From positions 9,372 through 73,371 of the forward strand of contig JAEMPJ010000007.1 of assembly GCA_022759365.1 (NCBI GenBank): a stretch of DNA of 64,000 nt, written 5' to 3'. Below the pieces are notes generated by a model. It saw only the letters and a list, made by a program, of their open reading frames with translations, searched no databases and was not told the origin of the DNA. Positions 50,165 through 60,032 of the stretch are shown here, piece after piece. The position numbers were made by a program, and so were the translations under genes. Within the stretch, counting starts at the first letter, position 1, and each line of letters starts with the position of its first letter. Origin of the DNA: Thermogladius sp. (GTDB lineage Archaea > Thermoproteota > Thermoprotei_A > Sulfolobales > Desulfurococcaceae).

Positions 50165-50209
50165 GAAATAACACCGATAACAGTTATCGCTCCCACGTTA
50201 AAAAACATA

Positions 50210-50935
50210 ATGGTGGCTGGCCAAAAGTTTCGGGGAACCCTATCTCTCATTATAATAAGTGTTTTAACAGGGGTTGAATTGCTTATAACAGGTGTTAGAC
50301 CGGTAGACGAGCTTCTAAACCCTGTTGAAAAACATTGGAGCATAGAGTTCTACGGGGACTCTTACGTGTTGAACTATTTGTTCCACAGGGCAGTATCCAT
50401 TAGGAGCAAGTATAGTAGGGTATATGTTGTTGTCTCACTGGAGTTCGGGGGTATTAGAACAGACCTCATAGAGGCTTTCTGCAGGATATTCGACTGCAGG
50501 CTACCCGCTGTGAGTGTGAGCAGGGTCTTCAGGGTTAGAGAGCTCGTCCAAGTATTGAAGAGTTTAAGCAGTGAAAGCGACTCTACGGTAATCCTATTAT
50601 ACCCCTACAACTTCCTCGGAGACGACCCCTCCACGTACTACGAGGCCACAGAGATATCGGGGCTGATAAACAGGGTTTCAGCTGGGAACTCCGTCCTAAT
50701 ATTCAACACTAAGACTAAGTTCGGCGAGAGAATGCCCGAGGGGGGTAGTATGCACCACCACGTGGTTAAGGTGATAATCAGGCTGGACAGGTTGGGCAGG
50801 CTGGTTAAAGCAGAGCTCGTCAAGCACCCCGCCAAGCCGACCGGGTTGCGTAGATTGTTCAAAGTGGACTTGTTGAAGAACGCTGTAGCCCCTGTTGAGA
50901 CGGTTAGCCTGCTCAACTGGGTTAAAGTGGGGTGA
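50210..50935 (+). CDS. RecA/RadB-like protein lacking a Walker A P-loop (ATG at 50210 preferred; the track ORF starts at 50072 inside the divergent gene)
   Basis: Collinear with the RadB core. IEFYGDSYVLNYLFHRAV replaces GxxGxGKT. Further matches: VYVVVSLEFGG..., TVILLYPYNF..., SVLIFNTKTKF..., VVKVIIRLDRL. Confidence 0.35.
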   Translation: MVAGQKFRGTLSLIIISVLTGVELLITGVRPVDELLNPVEKHWSIEFYGDSYVLNYLFHRAVSIRSKYSRVYVVVSLEFGGIRTDLIEAFCRIFDCRLPAVSVSRVFRVRELVQVLKSLSSESDSTVILLYPYNFLGDDPSTYYEATEISGLINRVSAGNSVLIFNTKTKFGERMPEGGSMHHHVVKVIIRLDRLGRLVKAELVKHPAKPTGLRRLFKVDLLKNAVAPVETVSLLNWVKVG

Positions 50936-51183
50936 GGTTTTTGGGTAGAACCACGCCCTCCCTCAAGTACTATGTGAATATGTACATCGAGAGGTGGAGG
51001 AGCCTGCTCCCGCTAGTGGACCCTGGCATAAGAGAGGTCGTTGAGGAGCTACTCGAGGAGGTAGATTACTCGGCTTCACTGCTCTCGTATAAGGGTGTTG
51101 TAGACCCTCTAGAACCCCTCGTCTTCCACCTGCTGTTGAAAATAGCCGAGTTGAGGAAGAAATATGAGTATGGGAGAGCATAG
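50932..51183 (+). CDS. Hypothetical 83-aa helical protein, coupled to both neighbours
   Basis: Its GTG start overlaps the upstream stop (GTGA). Its 3' end overlaps the polymerase start by 20 nt. Confidence 0.4.
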   Translation: MRFLGRTTPSLKYYVNMYIERWRSLLPLVDPGIREVVEELLEEVDYSASLLSYKGVVDPLEPLVFHLLLKIAELRKKYEYGRA

Positions 51184-53146
51184 CCGGGTGGGGGAGTCGT
51201 GGCCTGCAACATGGCTCCTGGACGCTCGGCCGAGCCCTAGTAGAGGGGTTGTCCTGGAGCTCTACGAGGAGGCGACTGGGAGGGTTCGGGAGATAGAGTC
51301 TGATATCCTCTACTACGGCTACATTTACTCGAGCAACCCCTACGCTGTCTCAAGGCAATTGGTTTACGAGGGCCTGGTCGAAGATGCCTGGGTCGAAGAG
51401 TGGTTTACACCGCCCTACTACAGGGAGAAAAAGAGCATCGTTGTTTTCACCGCCAAGAGCTTCAGGGAACTTAAGCGGATCTTGGCTACAGGCGAGAAGA
51501 ACGGCTTGGAGCCCTTGAACAAATACCCCCACCCCCTAGTGGAGGCTCTCTACAGAGCGGGCTTGAGGCCTTTAACGAGAGTAACCGAGTTGAAGAAGGG
51601 AGTGGTTTCAACCACCTGGAGCTATAGTGAGAGAGACCCGGCTCTAAGAAGCCTGGTGATCAGCGCTGGAAACGGCGGTTATATTGTAGAAGGGGGGAAG
51701 CACCTGAGAACCTGGAGTATCAGGGAGGTTGCTTCAGCCATCGTTGAATACAGGCCGCTAATAGTTTTCACGGAGCCGGGTATATACTTGAAGCTTGTCT
51801 CAGAGGAGCCGGCGGTTAGGGAGTCTGTGTGGAAGTGGGTTTTAGGGGGCTCGTTCAGCGCCCACGAGTACTATGAGTGGTCTAGGCTGTCTTACACCCC
51901 TTTAAGCCTGATGAATAATGTGACGATAGGCAGAGTCCTAACCACCATTGAAGCGCTTGAGTCGAGGAAAATGAAGTACGTTATCCAGAGGGAGCATAGC
52001 AGGCCGGAGAAGTTTAGGAGCCTGGTCGACCTTATAGCACTGGATCGGGGCGGGGTTGTATTCAAGCCTAGGCCGGGATTGTACTGGAATGTCTGTCAAA
52101 TAGACTTCAAGAGCCTCTACCCGTCTATCATAAGCCGGCTCAACATATCAGGGGAGACGGTCAACGACCCTTACTGCAAGAGCAAGAGGAGCCTCGATTA
52201 CGCTGGGAAAGACGTGTGCCTGGAGCGCAGAGGGGTTGTACCCGCGAGCCTTGAAAAACTATTGTATCTCAAGGACCTCTACGACGGGTTGTACAAGAAG
52301 ACTGGCGACGAGCTGTACAATGCTAGGAAGAGCGCCGTCAAATGGCTTCTCGTGGCAAGCTTCGGCTACCTAGGCTACAGGAACAGCCTGTTCGGATCCA
52401 TATCAGCCCACGAAGCGGTCACAGCGACAAGCCGCGAGATCATGAGGAAAGCCTCGGAGAGAGTTGGTGAGGAAGGTTTCAGGGTAGTGCACGTTATCGT
52501 GGACAGCTTGTTTGTGAGCGGTGTCCCCAGCGAGGGGTGTTGCAGGAAGCTTGCGGAACTAGTCTCAGAGGCAACAGGCTACGAGGCTAAAGTCGAGTCC
52601 TACTACATATGGCTCTACATCCCGAGGGAAACCGGGAGTAGGAGGGGTGTGGCTAACAGGTACTACGGCCTCTTGTCTAACGGGGGCTTGAAGATAAAAG
52701 GGGTTCTAGCAGCCAGGAAAGACACCCCCGAGCTTGTTAAGGCGGCTGAGATCGAGGCGTTGAGTAAGCTGGCTGAGGCTAGAGAGCCAGGTAGCTTCAC
52801 CGGAGCCCTGCTTAAAGCCTACAAGGTTGTTGAGGACTACAAGCTGGGTTTGACGAGAGGTTTAGACCCCCGGTTGCTCGTCATAACGAGGTATAGAAGC
52901 GTGAGGGGAGGGTACAGGAAGCCACCGAGATACGTTGTGGAGGGTGAGGGTCCTCCCTACATGCTTATAGCGTCGAAAAACGGGTTGAAGCCGTTCCGCG
53001 AGAACACTGCGGTGGAGATCGACCTCGATTATTACTTGGGGATGCTCGACAAGGTTAGAAGAGAGCTACCTGAACCCGGTGATGTCGACGCATCCATATC
53101 ACAGCATCCTACCGGGAGCTGCCGCGAGCTTGCCTCCCCTCCTTGA
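51164..53146 (+). CDS. Family B DNA polymerase of the PolB2 (Dpo2-like, degenerate-motif) type
   Basis: Motif A IDFKSLYPSII is intact. Motif B is degenerate (KWLLVASFGYLGY). Motif C reads HVIVDSLF in place of YxDTDS. No FDIET-like Exo I motif was seen in the N-terminal 300 aa. Length 660 aa. Confidence 0.7.
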   Translation: MSMGEHSRVGESWPATWLLDARPSPSRGVVLELYEEATGRVREIESDILYYGYIYSSNPYAVSRQLVYEGLVEDAWVEEWFTPPYYREKKSIVVFTAKSFRELKRILATGEKNGLEPLNKYPHPLVEALYRAGLRPLTRVTELKKGVVSTTWSYSERDPALRSLVISAGNGGYIVEGGKHLRTWSIREVASAIVEYRPLIVFTEPGIYLKLVSEEPAVRESVWKWVLGGSFSAHEYYEWSRLSYTPLSLMNNVTIGRVLTTIEALESRKMKYVIQREHSRPEKFRSLVDLIALDRGGVVFKPRPGLYWNVCQIDFKSLYPSIISRLNISGETVNDPYCKSKRSLDYAGKDVCLERRGVVPASLEKLLYLKDLYDGLYKKTGDELYNARKSAVKWLLVASFGYLGYRNSLFGSISAHEAVTATSREIMRKASERVGEEGFRVVHVIVDSLFVSGVPSEGCCRKLAELVSEATGYEAKVESYYIWLYIPRETGSRRGVANRYYGLLSNGGLKIKGVLAARKDTPELVKAAEIEALSKLAEAREPGSFTGALLKAYKVVEDYKLGLTRGLDPRLLVITRYRSVRGGYRKPPRYVVEGEGPPYMLIASKNGLKPFRENTAVEIDLDYYLGMLDKVRRELPEPGDVDASISQHPTGSCRELASPP

Positions 53147-53278
53147 AAAATTGATGGGGGTTGCGGCCCGGTAAAGTCAGTGGTGGAAACATCGATTAGC
53201 ACACTATATGAACTTTATAATGCATAGTGGCTACCTGGATCTCCCGTCTCGAAAACGGCTACGGAAGGTGGCCTCGTA

Positions 53279-53542
53279 ATGAAGAAGCTGGTGTTGAGGA
53301 TTAAGAGCGTCGGGTGCCCCGGTTGTATTGCCACAGCTTTAGCACACTTGTTCAGGATAAAAGGGGTTAGAGGGGCTCGGGTGGTTGGTTTAGACATAAT
53401 CGTTTTACTAGACGATGAAACAGACCCTCGGGTGGTGCTGGAAGACCCTGTTTTAAACGAGTACTATAGAATAATCTCGTGGAGGCTCGAAGAATATAAG
53501 GGCGATGCCGCGCTTAGACGATATTCCCTCGCGCAAAGTTAA
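53279..53542 (+). CDS. Heavy-metal-associated (HMA)-like small protein
   Basis: LVLRIKSVGCPGCIATALAHLFRIKGVRGARV resembles the GMxCxxC ferredoxin-like HMA N-terminus. GGAAGGTGG lies before the ATG. Confidence 0.45.
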   Translation: MKKLVLRIKSVGCPGCIATALAHLFRIKGVRGARVVGLDIIVLLDDETDPRVVLEDPVLNEYYRIISWRLEEYKGDAALRRYSLAQS

Positions 53543-53543
53543 G

Positions 53544-53551
53544 TTTATATA
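53544..53551 (+). promoter_or_regulatory. TATA box of the thermosome gene
   Basis: TTTATATA about 48 nt upstream of the GTG start, with GGGTGGTG adjacent to the start. Confidence 0.5.
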
Positions 53552-53598
53552 GAAGCCTTATCATCATGTTTCACCTAGGATCATAATTCCTTTCAAGG

Positions 53599-55257
53599 GT
53601 GGTGAATGTGACTGTAGAGCCAACAGGTATCCCTGTGTTGATACTGAAGGAAGGCACCCAGAGGACTGCTGGTAGAGATGCCCTGCGCACTAACATAATG
53701 GCTGCTAGAGCTGTCGCCGAGATGATTAAAACAACGTATGGGCCTAAGGGAATGGATAAAATGCTGGTTGACGCCCTGGGAGATGTAACTATAACAAACG
53801 ACGGCGCGACAATCCTAGATAAAGCTGAGATACAGCACCCAGCCGCCAAAATGCTTGTTCAAGTAGCTAAGAGCCAGGACAACGAGGTTGGAGATGGGAC
53901 TAAAAGAGCTGTCGTCTTCGCCGGCGAGTTGCTGAAGCAAGCCGAGGAGCTCCTGGCAAAGAACATCCATCCAACAGTTATTGTAAGCGGCTACAGGAAA
54001 GCTATGGAGGAGGCCCTGAAACTACTCGACCAGATAGCCCAGCCGATAGATATAAACAATGAGGATCTACTGAAGAAGATCGCTAAAACATCTCTAACGA
54101 GTAAGGCTGTCCACGACGCTAGAGACTACTTCGCGGAGATAGCTGTTAAAGCCGTTAAACAGATCGTCGAGAAGAGAGGGGATAAGAACTACATAGACTT
54201 AGACAACATCCAGATCATCAAGAAGTACGGAGGTGCCCTACTAGACTCGACGCTAGTCTACGGCGTAGTACTAGATAAAGAAGTCGTCCACCCAGGTATG
54301 CCCAGGAGGGTTGAGAACGCTAAGATAGCCCTACTGGACGCGGCGCTTGAGGTGGAGAAGCCGGAGATAACAGCTAAGATAAACATCACCAGCCCCGAGC
54401 TAATGAACGCTTTCCTAGAGGAGGAAGCCAAGATCCTGAAGGACATGGTGGAGAAGATCGCCGCTACTGGCGCTAATGTTGTTATAACGCAGAAGGGTAT
54501 TGACGAGGTTGCCCAGCACTTCCTGGCGAAGAAGGGTATTCTAGCCGTGAGGAGGGTGAAGAGGAGCGACCTCGAGAAGCTTGAGAGGGCGACGGGAGGT
54601 AGAATAGTGAGTAACATAGAGGATCTGAAGCCAGAAGACCTAGGTTATGCCGCTGTAGTCGAGGAGAGGAAGATTGGAGAGGACAAGATGGTGTTCGTGG
54701 AGGGATGCAAGAACCCGAGGGCTGTCAGCATTGTCATAAGAGGCGGCTTAGAGAGGCTCGTAGACGAGGCGGAGAGGAGTATAAGAGATGCCTTGTCAGC
54801 TGTGGCAGACGTCATAAGAGACGGTAAGATCGTTGCGGGCGGTGGAGCCGTCGAGGCGGAGCTTGCCAAGCACATTAGGAGGTTCGCTACGAAGGTGGGT
54901 GGAAAAGAGCAACTATCCATCGAGGCCTTCGCTAAAGCGCTAGAGGGCTTGGTTGTCACACTAGTCGAGAACGCTGGCTTAGACCCAGTCGATATTATAA
55001 TGAAGCTTAGGGCCGCCCACGAGAAGGAGGATGGTAAGTGGATTGGTGTAGACTTGAACACAGGCGACTTCGTGAACATGATGGAGAAAGGCGTGATAGA
55101 GCCTGTTAGCGTGATAGCTAACGCTATCAAAGCCGGTACCGAAGCCTCGACGATAATCCTAAGGATAGATGATGTAATAGCGGCTAGTAAGGCCAAGGAG
55201 AAAGGCGCTGAAACAGGCAAGAAGCCGGGCGAAGAGGAGAAGAAGGAGGAAGACTAA
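53599..55257 (+). CDS. ths: Thermosome (group II chaperonin) subunit
   Basis: [38 protein letters not shown] and a Lys/Glu-rich C-tail. Confidence 0.95.
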   Translation: MVNVTVEPTGIPVLILKEGTQRTAGRDALRTNIMAARAVAEMIKTTYGPKGMDKMLVDALGDVTITNDGATILDKAEIQHPAAKMLVQVAKSQDNEVGDGTKRAVVFAGELLKQAEELLAKNIHPTVIVSGYRKAMEEALKLLDQIAQPIDINNEDLLKKIAKTSLTSKAVHDARDYFAEIAVKAVKQIVEKRGDKNYIDLDNIQIIKKYGGALLDSTLVYGVVLDKEVVHPGMPRRVENAKIALLDAALEVEKPEITAKINITSPELMNAFLEEEAKILKDMVEKIAATGANVVITQKGIDEVAQHFLAKKGILAVRRVKRSDLEKLERATGGRIVSNIEDLKPEDLGYAAVVEERKIGEDKMVFVEGCKNPRAVSIVIRGGLERLVDEAERSIRDALSAVADVIRDGKIVAGGGAVEAELAKHIRRFATKVGGKEQLSIEAFAKALEGLVVTLVENAGLDPVDIIMKLRAAHEKEDGKWIGVDLNTGDFVNMMEKGVIEPVSVIANAIKAGTEASTIILRIDDVIAASKAKEKGAETGKKPGEEEKKEED

Positions 55258-56276
55258 ACTATTCTAACCAACAACGGTTTTTTATAAAAACTTGAAAACA
55301 ATACCGCCTCTCCTTTATCCATATAGGGCAGTATCTCCCTGATCTCGCCAGTCATGTTGACAACCTTATCTAATACCTCGAGATCCACAGCCGATTTAAT
55401 CGAGTGAACTATCTTGGTCGACGTGTTAGCCATCACGTCTTCAACAAGCGCTGAAGGTGATTGCGAGACTATTACAAGGCCTACGCCAAATTTCCTAATC
55501 TCATCCAGCATTTTTACAAGTATCTCAACGTAGTTGTCCCTGCCGAGCAGGTTACGTGCTTCCTCAACCACTATTAGAAGCCTCCTCGAGTTAAAACCCC
55601 CTCTAAGGGCTTTATCGAAGATCTTTTTAAGGAAGGCCGCCACGTAGACCCTCCTTATAGCTAGGTCGCCTATCTTGGATAAGTCTATTACTAGAGGCCT
55701 GTTAGAGCCCACCTCGAGATCGGGGTCGCCACCGCTAAAGAGATCCTTATATCCTCCAATAGTCAGCCTCCTAAGTTTTCTCATAAGCGAGAGCCTGCTC
55801 TCCCTGAACCAGGCTGACTCATCGGGCATACCCTCAAGCGCCTCAACGAGGTCTGAGATGTCCAGATCCTCCTCCCCTCCGAGGGATTCAAGGCTTTTCA
55901 ACAGGACGTACTCTTGGGCTGGTGTCAAACCTAGCACTTGGCTGGCGAATTCCACTGAGTAGTACCCTTCCTCCCTGCTTAGTAGCGTTATAGGGAGTTG
56001 GAATGGATCCTTCACCTCCGGGTCGCGGAGCAAGCTACTGTACTCTCCATGCCAGTCCAGGATTAGGGGTTTGAAGAACACCGAGTAGTCTCCCTCGGTA
56101 AGCCTGTTTACTATTGTAGCCACGGTGAATGTCTTCCCAGTGCCAGTAGCACCCGTCACCAGTGTATGCTTGTTCAAGTCCTCAACTGGTATGCAGGCGT
56201 CGGCAGGCGGCGTCGAGTTAGCAACCTCCCCCACGACCACGCAGTCCCTGCTGGTATGCTCTCGGGTTTTAACCAC
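55254..56276 (-). CDS. Soluble HerA-like (DUF87) P-loop ATPase
   Basis: Walker [20 protein letters not shown], Walker [13 protein letters not shown]. Paralogous to the C-terminal half of 36962..38866. Confidence 0.65.
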   Translation of the reverse strand: MVKTREHTSRDCVVVGEVANSTPPADACIPVEDLNKHTLVTGATGTGKTFTVATIVNRLTEGDYSVFFKPLILDWHGEYSSLLRDPEVKDPFQLPITLLSREEGYYSVEFASQVLGLTPAQEYVLLKSLESLGGEEDLDISDLVEALEGMPDESAWFRESRLSLMRKLRRLTIGGYKDLFSGGDPDLEVGSNRPLVIDLSKIGDLAIRRVYVAAFLKKIFDKALRGGFNSRRLLIVVEEARNLLGRDNYVEILVKMLDEIRKFGVGLVIVSQSPSALVEDVMANTSTKIVHSIKSAVDLEVLDKVVNMTGEIREILPYMDKGEAVLFSSFYKKPLLVRIV

Positions 56277-56347
56277 CTCCTGCCTAGGGTATCTTGGGAT
56301 TACCCTGAGAGACCAGGGTAGGATGACCCCGGTGTTCTTCCTCTTCT

Positions 56348-56671
56348 TTAAAAATTTGTTATAAGCTCAAGGATGTTGTGCGAGCCGGTTTCACCGAGCT
56401 CCCTCGCCTCGCCGACAGTTATATGCCTGAAGTTTGAGGCTATGTAGTCTCTTATAAACTGCACCTCTTTTTCGTCCTCGGCGTTCTTAACGCCTACGAG
56501 CAGCATTCCCTCGGCTCTATTCCTCTCAGCTACGCTCACAGCTATGACTTTAACCCCCCTGTTCCTCTCAACCCTGCTCTTTATCAACTCGCTAAGCTTC
56601 TTCAACTCCTCGTTGACAAGCTCCTCGCTTGAACCCATGTACCTGTATATTTTCAGAATGTAATATTTCAC
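56348..56671 (-). CDS. Hypothetical 107-aa protein
   Basis: ORF only; lies between rpo8 and the HerA-like ATPase. Confidence 0.35.
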   Translation of the reverse strand: MKYYILKIYRYMGSSEELVNEELKKLSELIKSRVERNRGVKVIAVSVAERNRAEGMLLVGVKNAEDEKEVQFIRDYIASNFRHITVGEARELGETGSHNILELITNF

Positions 56672-56737
56672 GCTCCCCCCTGGATAAGCCAGGGGTATAG
56701 TGGTGGAGGGTTCGGTGAAAGTTTCCGAGAGGCCTCT

Positions 56738-57088
56738 TCAGGTAGAAGACGCTCCCACGTAGACTTCGTCTAGGGGTTTGAAGCCTAGTTGCTGTTTTGT
56801 CTTCAAGACGAGGAGGAAACCGCCTATAGATATGACTGTCCTATATGTTTCTCCGATACTCCTGTTGGAGACAACGCTACCCTTGCCGCAGAAGTAGTGT
56901 TGGAGACACTCCTCTTTACTCTCCGTTATCGCGATAACAACGTTGCTTCCCTTCCTTAGATCCGGCATAATTTTCTCATGGAGTTCAATATCTATTGAGA
57001 CATCGCCGCATTGAAGCTTAACCCTGTATACCCCTGGGTATCTCAGCCTTTCTACTTCGCCTACCTGGCACTCGTATTTTTGGATCAT
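56738..57088 (-). CDS. rpo8: RNA polymerase subunit Rpo8 (RpoG, Rpb8 ortholog)
   Basis: Small OB-like protein. FCGKGSVVS...YRTVISIGGFLLVLK resembles the Rpb8/crenarchaeal RpoG C-terminal GGLL motif. Confidence 0.5.
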   Translation of the reverse strand: MIQKYECQVGEVERLRYPGVYRVKLQCGDVSIDIELHEKIMPDLRKGSNVVIAITESKEECLQHYFCGKGSVVSNRSIGETYRTVISIGGFLLVLKTKQQLGFKPLDEVYVGASST

Positions 57089-57248
57089 AGTATCAAGCCA
57101 TAAACCAGGGCTACTAGCCTTTAGCCAACGTCTTACTAAGTTTTTAAGATATTTTTAAGCATTACCCGGCGGAGTCGTGTCTCACACGATGGTTATTAAG
57201 GTGTCAAAGTAGAGAAATATTCAAAATATCCGCATACATAAATGCTCT

Positions 57249-57713
57249 GTGGGTGGAACCGTGAGCGTGCTAGATGCTTCGAGAAGGCTTGCCGGAGAGC
57301 TTTCAAGCCTGATAGATAAAAGAGTTAAAATAGTGTTAGCTGACGGCAGGTCTTATGAGGGGAAGCTAGTCGGGTTCGACACACCCTCCCTCAACATCCT
57401 AATCCAGAACGCTCAAGACGATAAGGGGAACAAGTACCCTAAGGTTATAGTGAAAGGAGATAGGCTGAGCGAGATCATAGTCCTGGAAGTCCCGTTATTC
57501 GACCCCGAGGAGTTCAAGAACATCATCATCAAGGAGATGAAGCTGCCAGAACACCTGGTTAGAGTTATACCTGAGGCTAGAGTAGTGGAGGTTCAAGGAC
57601 GCTATAGAGTTAGCGAGAGGGGTGTTGAGGGTACGGGGCCCATAGCTGAGACGCTTTATAGATTGCTAGAACAGTACTTGGAGACTAGGCGCAAGACGCT
57701 AAAGGGAGAATGA
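57249..57713 (+). CDS. Sm-like archaeal protein with C-terminal extension (SmAP3-type)
   Basis: Sm1/Sm2 pattern IDKRVKIVLADGRSYEGKLVGFDTPSLNILIQNA...IVKGDRLSEIIVLE, plus about 70 extra residues. Confidence 0.7.
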   Translation: MGGTVSVLDASRRLAGELSSLIDKRVKIVLADGRSYEGKLVGFDTPSLNILIQNAQDDKGNKYPKVIVKGDRLSEIIVLEVPLFDPEEFKNIIIKEMKLPEHLVRVIPEARVVEVQGRYRVSERGVEGTGPIAETLYRLLEQYLETRRKTLKGE

Positions 57714-59260
57714 TTGTGGAGTACTTTGATGTAAGAGAGTACGACCTAGCCGGGCGTATAGGTAGGCTCAAGACTAAACATGGGGTTGTGGAGACCCCTT
57801 ATATTTTTCCTGTTGTAGACCCTGTTAGACAGGACTTGGATTTGAATACGATACGGGAGCTAGGGTTTAACGCTCTCATCACCAATGCTTACCTATTCTA
57901 CCGGAGGAATAAAGGCGTAGCCAGGGATATACACGCGGAGCTGAAGTGGGATAGTACTTTAATGACCGATTCCGGGGGCTACCAGGTATTAATCTACGGT
58001 GACGTTGAGGTAGACAACCCTACGATAGTGAAGTATCAGAAGCTTATTGGAACAGACATAGGTGTCATACTGGATGTCCCTACGGGCACAAAAATGAGCT
58101 GGGAGGAAGCCCACCGCGCTGTAGAGGAAACTTGGAGGAGAGCTCTCCAGGCGCTGCCGTTAATCATGGATAGCGATATCCTGTGGACTCTACCTATACA
58201 GGGCTCACCCTACATGGATCTACTCTTGAAATCAGCTGTAAGAGCCTGGAGGACGCCATACCACATATTCGCTTTTGGATCGCCTACAGTACTGCTTGAA
58301 AAATACGATTACAGCCCTCTACTAGAGTATGTCGCCCTAGCCAAGAGGGTTCTCCCACCTGGGAGACCACTACACGTGTTTGGAGTAGGGCACCCAATGA
58401 TCCTCCCATTCCTGGTAGCACTTGGCGCAGACTTGTTCGACTCAGCGAGCTACATATTGTACGCTCGCGAGGGGAGATACATGTTGCCGGAGGGGACGAA
58501 GAGGATTGAAGAGCTGACATACCTACCCTGCAACTGCCCTGTTTGCTCGAGATATACTGTGAGAGAGTTGCTCGAAATGCCCGCTGAAGAAAGAACCAAG
58601 CTCATAGCACTACACAACTTGTACATGTTGAAGAAGGAGCTGAACGTTGTCAAGGAGAGTATCAGGGAGGGGAGGTTATGGGAGCTCCTGGAAGAAAGGA
58701 GTAAGACTCACCCGAGCCTTAGAAGGGCTTTCGAGGTAATTAAAAGACATGCGGACATGCTGGAAAAATTCAACCCTCTCTCCAAACCCGACTCCCCGGC
58801 ACTCCTAGTGCTAGATGAAGACACCTACTTCAACCCCAGGGTAAGGTCGATGGAGGAGAAGAGTATCGAAGTGGTTGGCCGGATGTGGAAAGGAGGAGAG
58901 TACGCGGCTATTGTCGTATTCTCTGGAAAAGACTTTGGATCCCTGAGAGAAAAATTATTGAAACAAGGTGTGGTGGGTCAAGTGCTTATAGTACACCCAG
59001 TTCTAGGATTATACCCTCTCCAGTTATCTAACACGTATCCTTACTTCCAACATGAGGACGGCGTCTTTGACTACTTAGACGAGGAAATTTTGAACAATAT
59101 CTCTGCTAGGGTGCTCGAGTTGTTGGAGAGTAAGGGGAATTCGAGGGTCAGAGTCTTCGTGCCCGGAAATTCGAGTAGAGGGGAGTTAAAGCTCGCCCAG
59201 AGGCTCGTGACTACTTTGAAAGGGAGAAACATTCAAGCGGAGCTAGAGATACTCGGATAA
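57710..59260 (+). CDS. tgtA: Archaeosine tRNA-guanine transglycosylase (ArcTGT) lacking the C-terminal PUA domain
   Basis: MTDSGGYQV, HVFGVGHP and zinc site CNCPVC...H. Length 516 aa. The start overlaps the Sm gene stop (ATGA). Confidence 0.85.
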   Translation: MIVEYFDVREYDLAGRIGRLKTKHGVVETPYIFPVVDPVRQDLDLNTIRELGFNALITNAYLFYRRNKGVARDIHAELKWDSTLMTDSGGYQVLIYGDVEVDNPTIVKYQKLIGTDIGVILDVPTGTKMSWEEAHRAVEETWRRALQALPLIMDSDILWTLPIQGSPYMDLLLKSAVRAWRTPYHIFAFGSPTVLLEKYDYSPLLEYVALAKRVLPPGRPLHVFGVGHPMILPFLVALGADLFDSASYILYAREGRYMLPEGTKRIEELTYLPCNCPVCSRYTVRELLEMPAEERTKLIALHNLYMLKKELNVVKESIREGRLWELLEERSKTHPSLRRAFEVIKRHADMLEKFNPLSKPDSPALLVLDEDTYFNPRVRSMEEKSIEVVGRMWKGGEYAAIVVFSGKDFGSLREKLLKQGVVGQVLIVHPVLGLYPLQLSNTYPYFQHEDGVFDYLDEEILNNISARVLELLESKGNSRVRVFVPGNSSRGELKLAQRLVTTLKGRNIQAELEILG

Positions 59261-59297
59261 TGCTCGTCGTGGAAAACTGAACTCTACTTAAGTTGTT

Positions 59298-60032
59298 CTA
59301 TAGGTATATTGGATGGCCCTTCTCGGCTTCCTCCATCTCGACAGATTTAAGCATTTTCTCCCGTTCAGCTTCAATCGACTCGATGATCTTCGCTTCTTCA
59401 AGTAGCCTTGTGGTATCTATTTTAAAGCCTAAAATGTCGCCTATTACCTCCACTGCGACCGCGCTCGCCCTGGGATCCGGCCTGTAGAGCTCTGTGTAGG
59501 AGAATAAAGCAATGCCAGGCACCTTGTAGGCGTCCATGAAGATCATCAGGAGGGCAAGCGGCCCAATTATATGTCTGCTCTCGAGTAGTTTAGCGTTCAA
59601 CCTCTCCTGGTAGCCCCCTATAGGAACCCACCTATATTTCTCGTCCTCGCTCTCTTTCAGGCTCGGATCCAACCCTCCTACAAGTATCGTCTTTGACACC
59701 TTCTTCTCCTTCACCCATCTAGCCACTAGCTCAGCGTAGTCTGTTCTCTCACGCACGTTGGGTGTGCCGTTGTTTACTAGAACAAGTAGCTTTTTGCCCT
59801 CCACCACGCCATAGTAGAGTTCAAAGGGGTATACGACACCTGTCTCCTTGGTGTAGATAGTTGTCTCGGGATAATATTTGGTTCTTATGAAACCTATCCT
59901 CTTCAGCTTAAGCTCCAAAACCAGGTGTCTGCTAGTTAAATAGCCGACCATGCCGAAACCTTGGAAGCCTGTTATGAATATTGAGCCCTCTAGATCCTTG
60001 TCGGGCACATTCTCCAACAATACCACGTTCAC
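59298..60032 (-). CDS. PAC2-family protein (proteasome assembly chaperone-like)
   Basis: FITGFQGFGMVGYLTSRHLV N-terminus typical of PAC2/DUF75. Co-directional with PAN. Confidence 0.55.
   Translation of the reverse strand: MNVVLLENVPDKDLEGSIFITGFQGFGMVGYLTSRHLVLELKLKRIGFIRTKYYPETTIYTKETGVVYPFELYYGVVEGKKLLVLVNNGTPNVRERTDYAELVARWVKEKKVSKTILVGGLDPSLKESEDEKYRWVPIGGYQERLNAKLLESRHIIGPLALLMIFMDAYKVPGIALFSYTELYRPDPRASAVAVEVIGDILGFKIDTTRLLEEAKIIESIEAEREKMLKSVEMEEAEKGHPIYL

Noticed and set aside
54645-55220. 191-aa and 119-aa minus-strand ORFs inside the thermosome gene
   Set aside because: They are antisense to a very well supported chaperonin CDS. The Ser/Ala/Thr-rich composition is typical of antisense frames.
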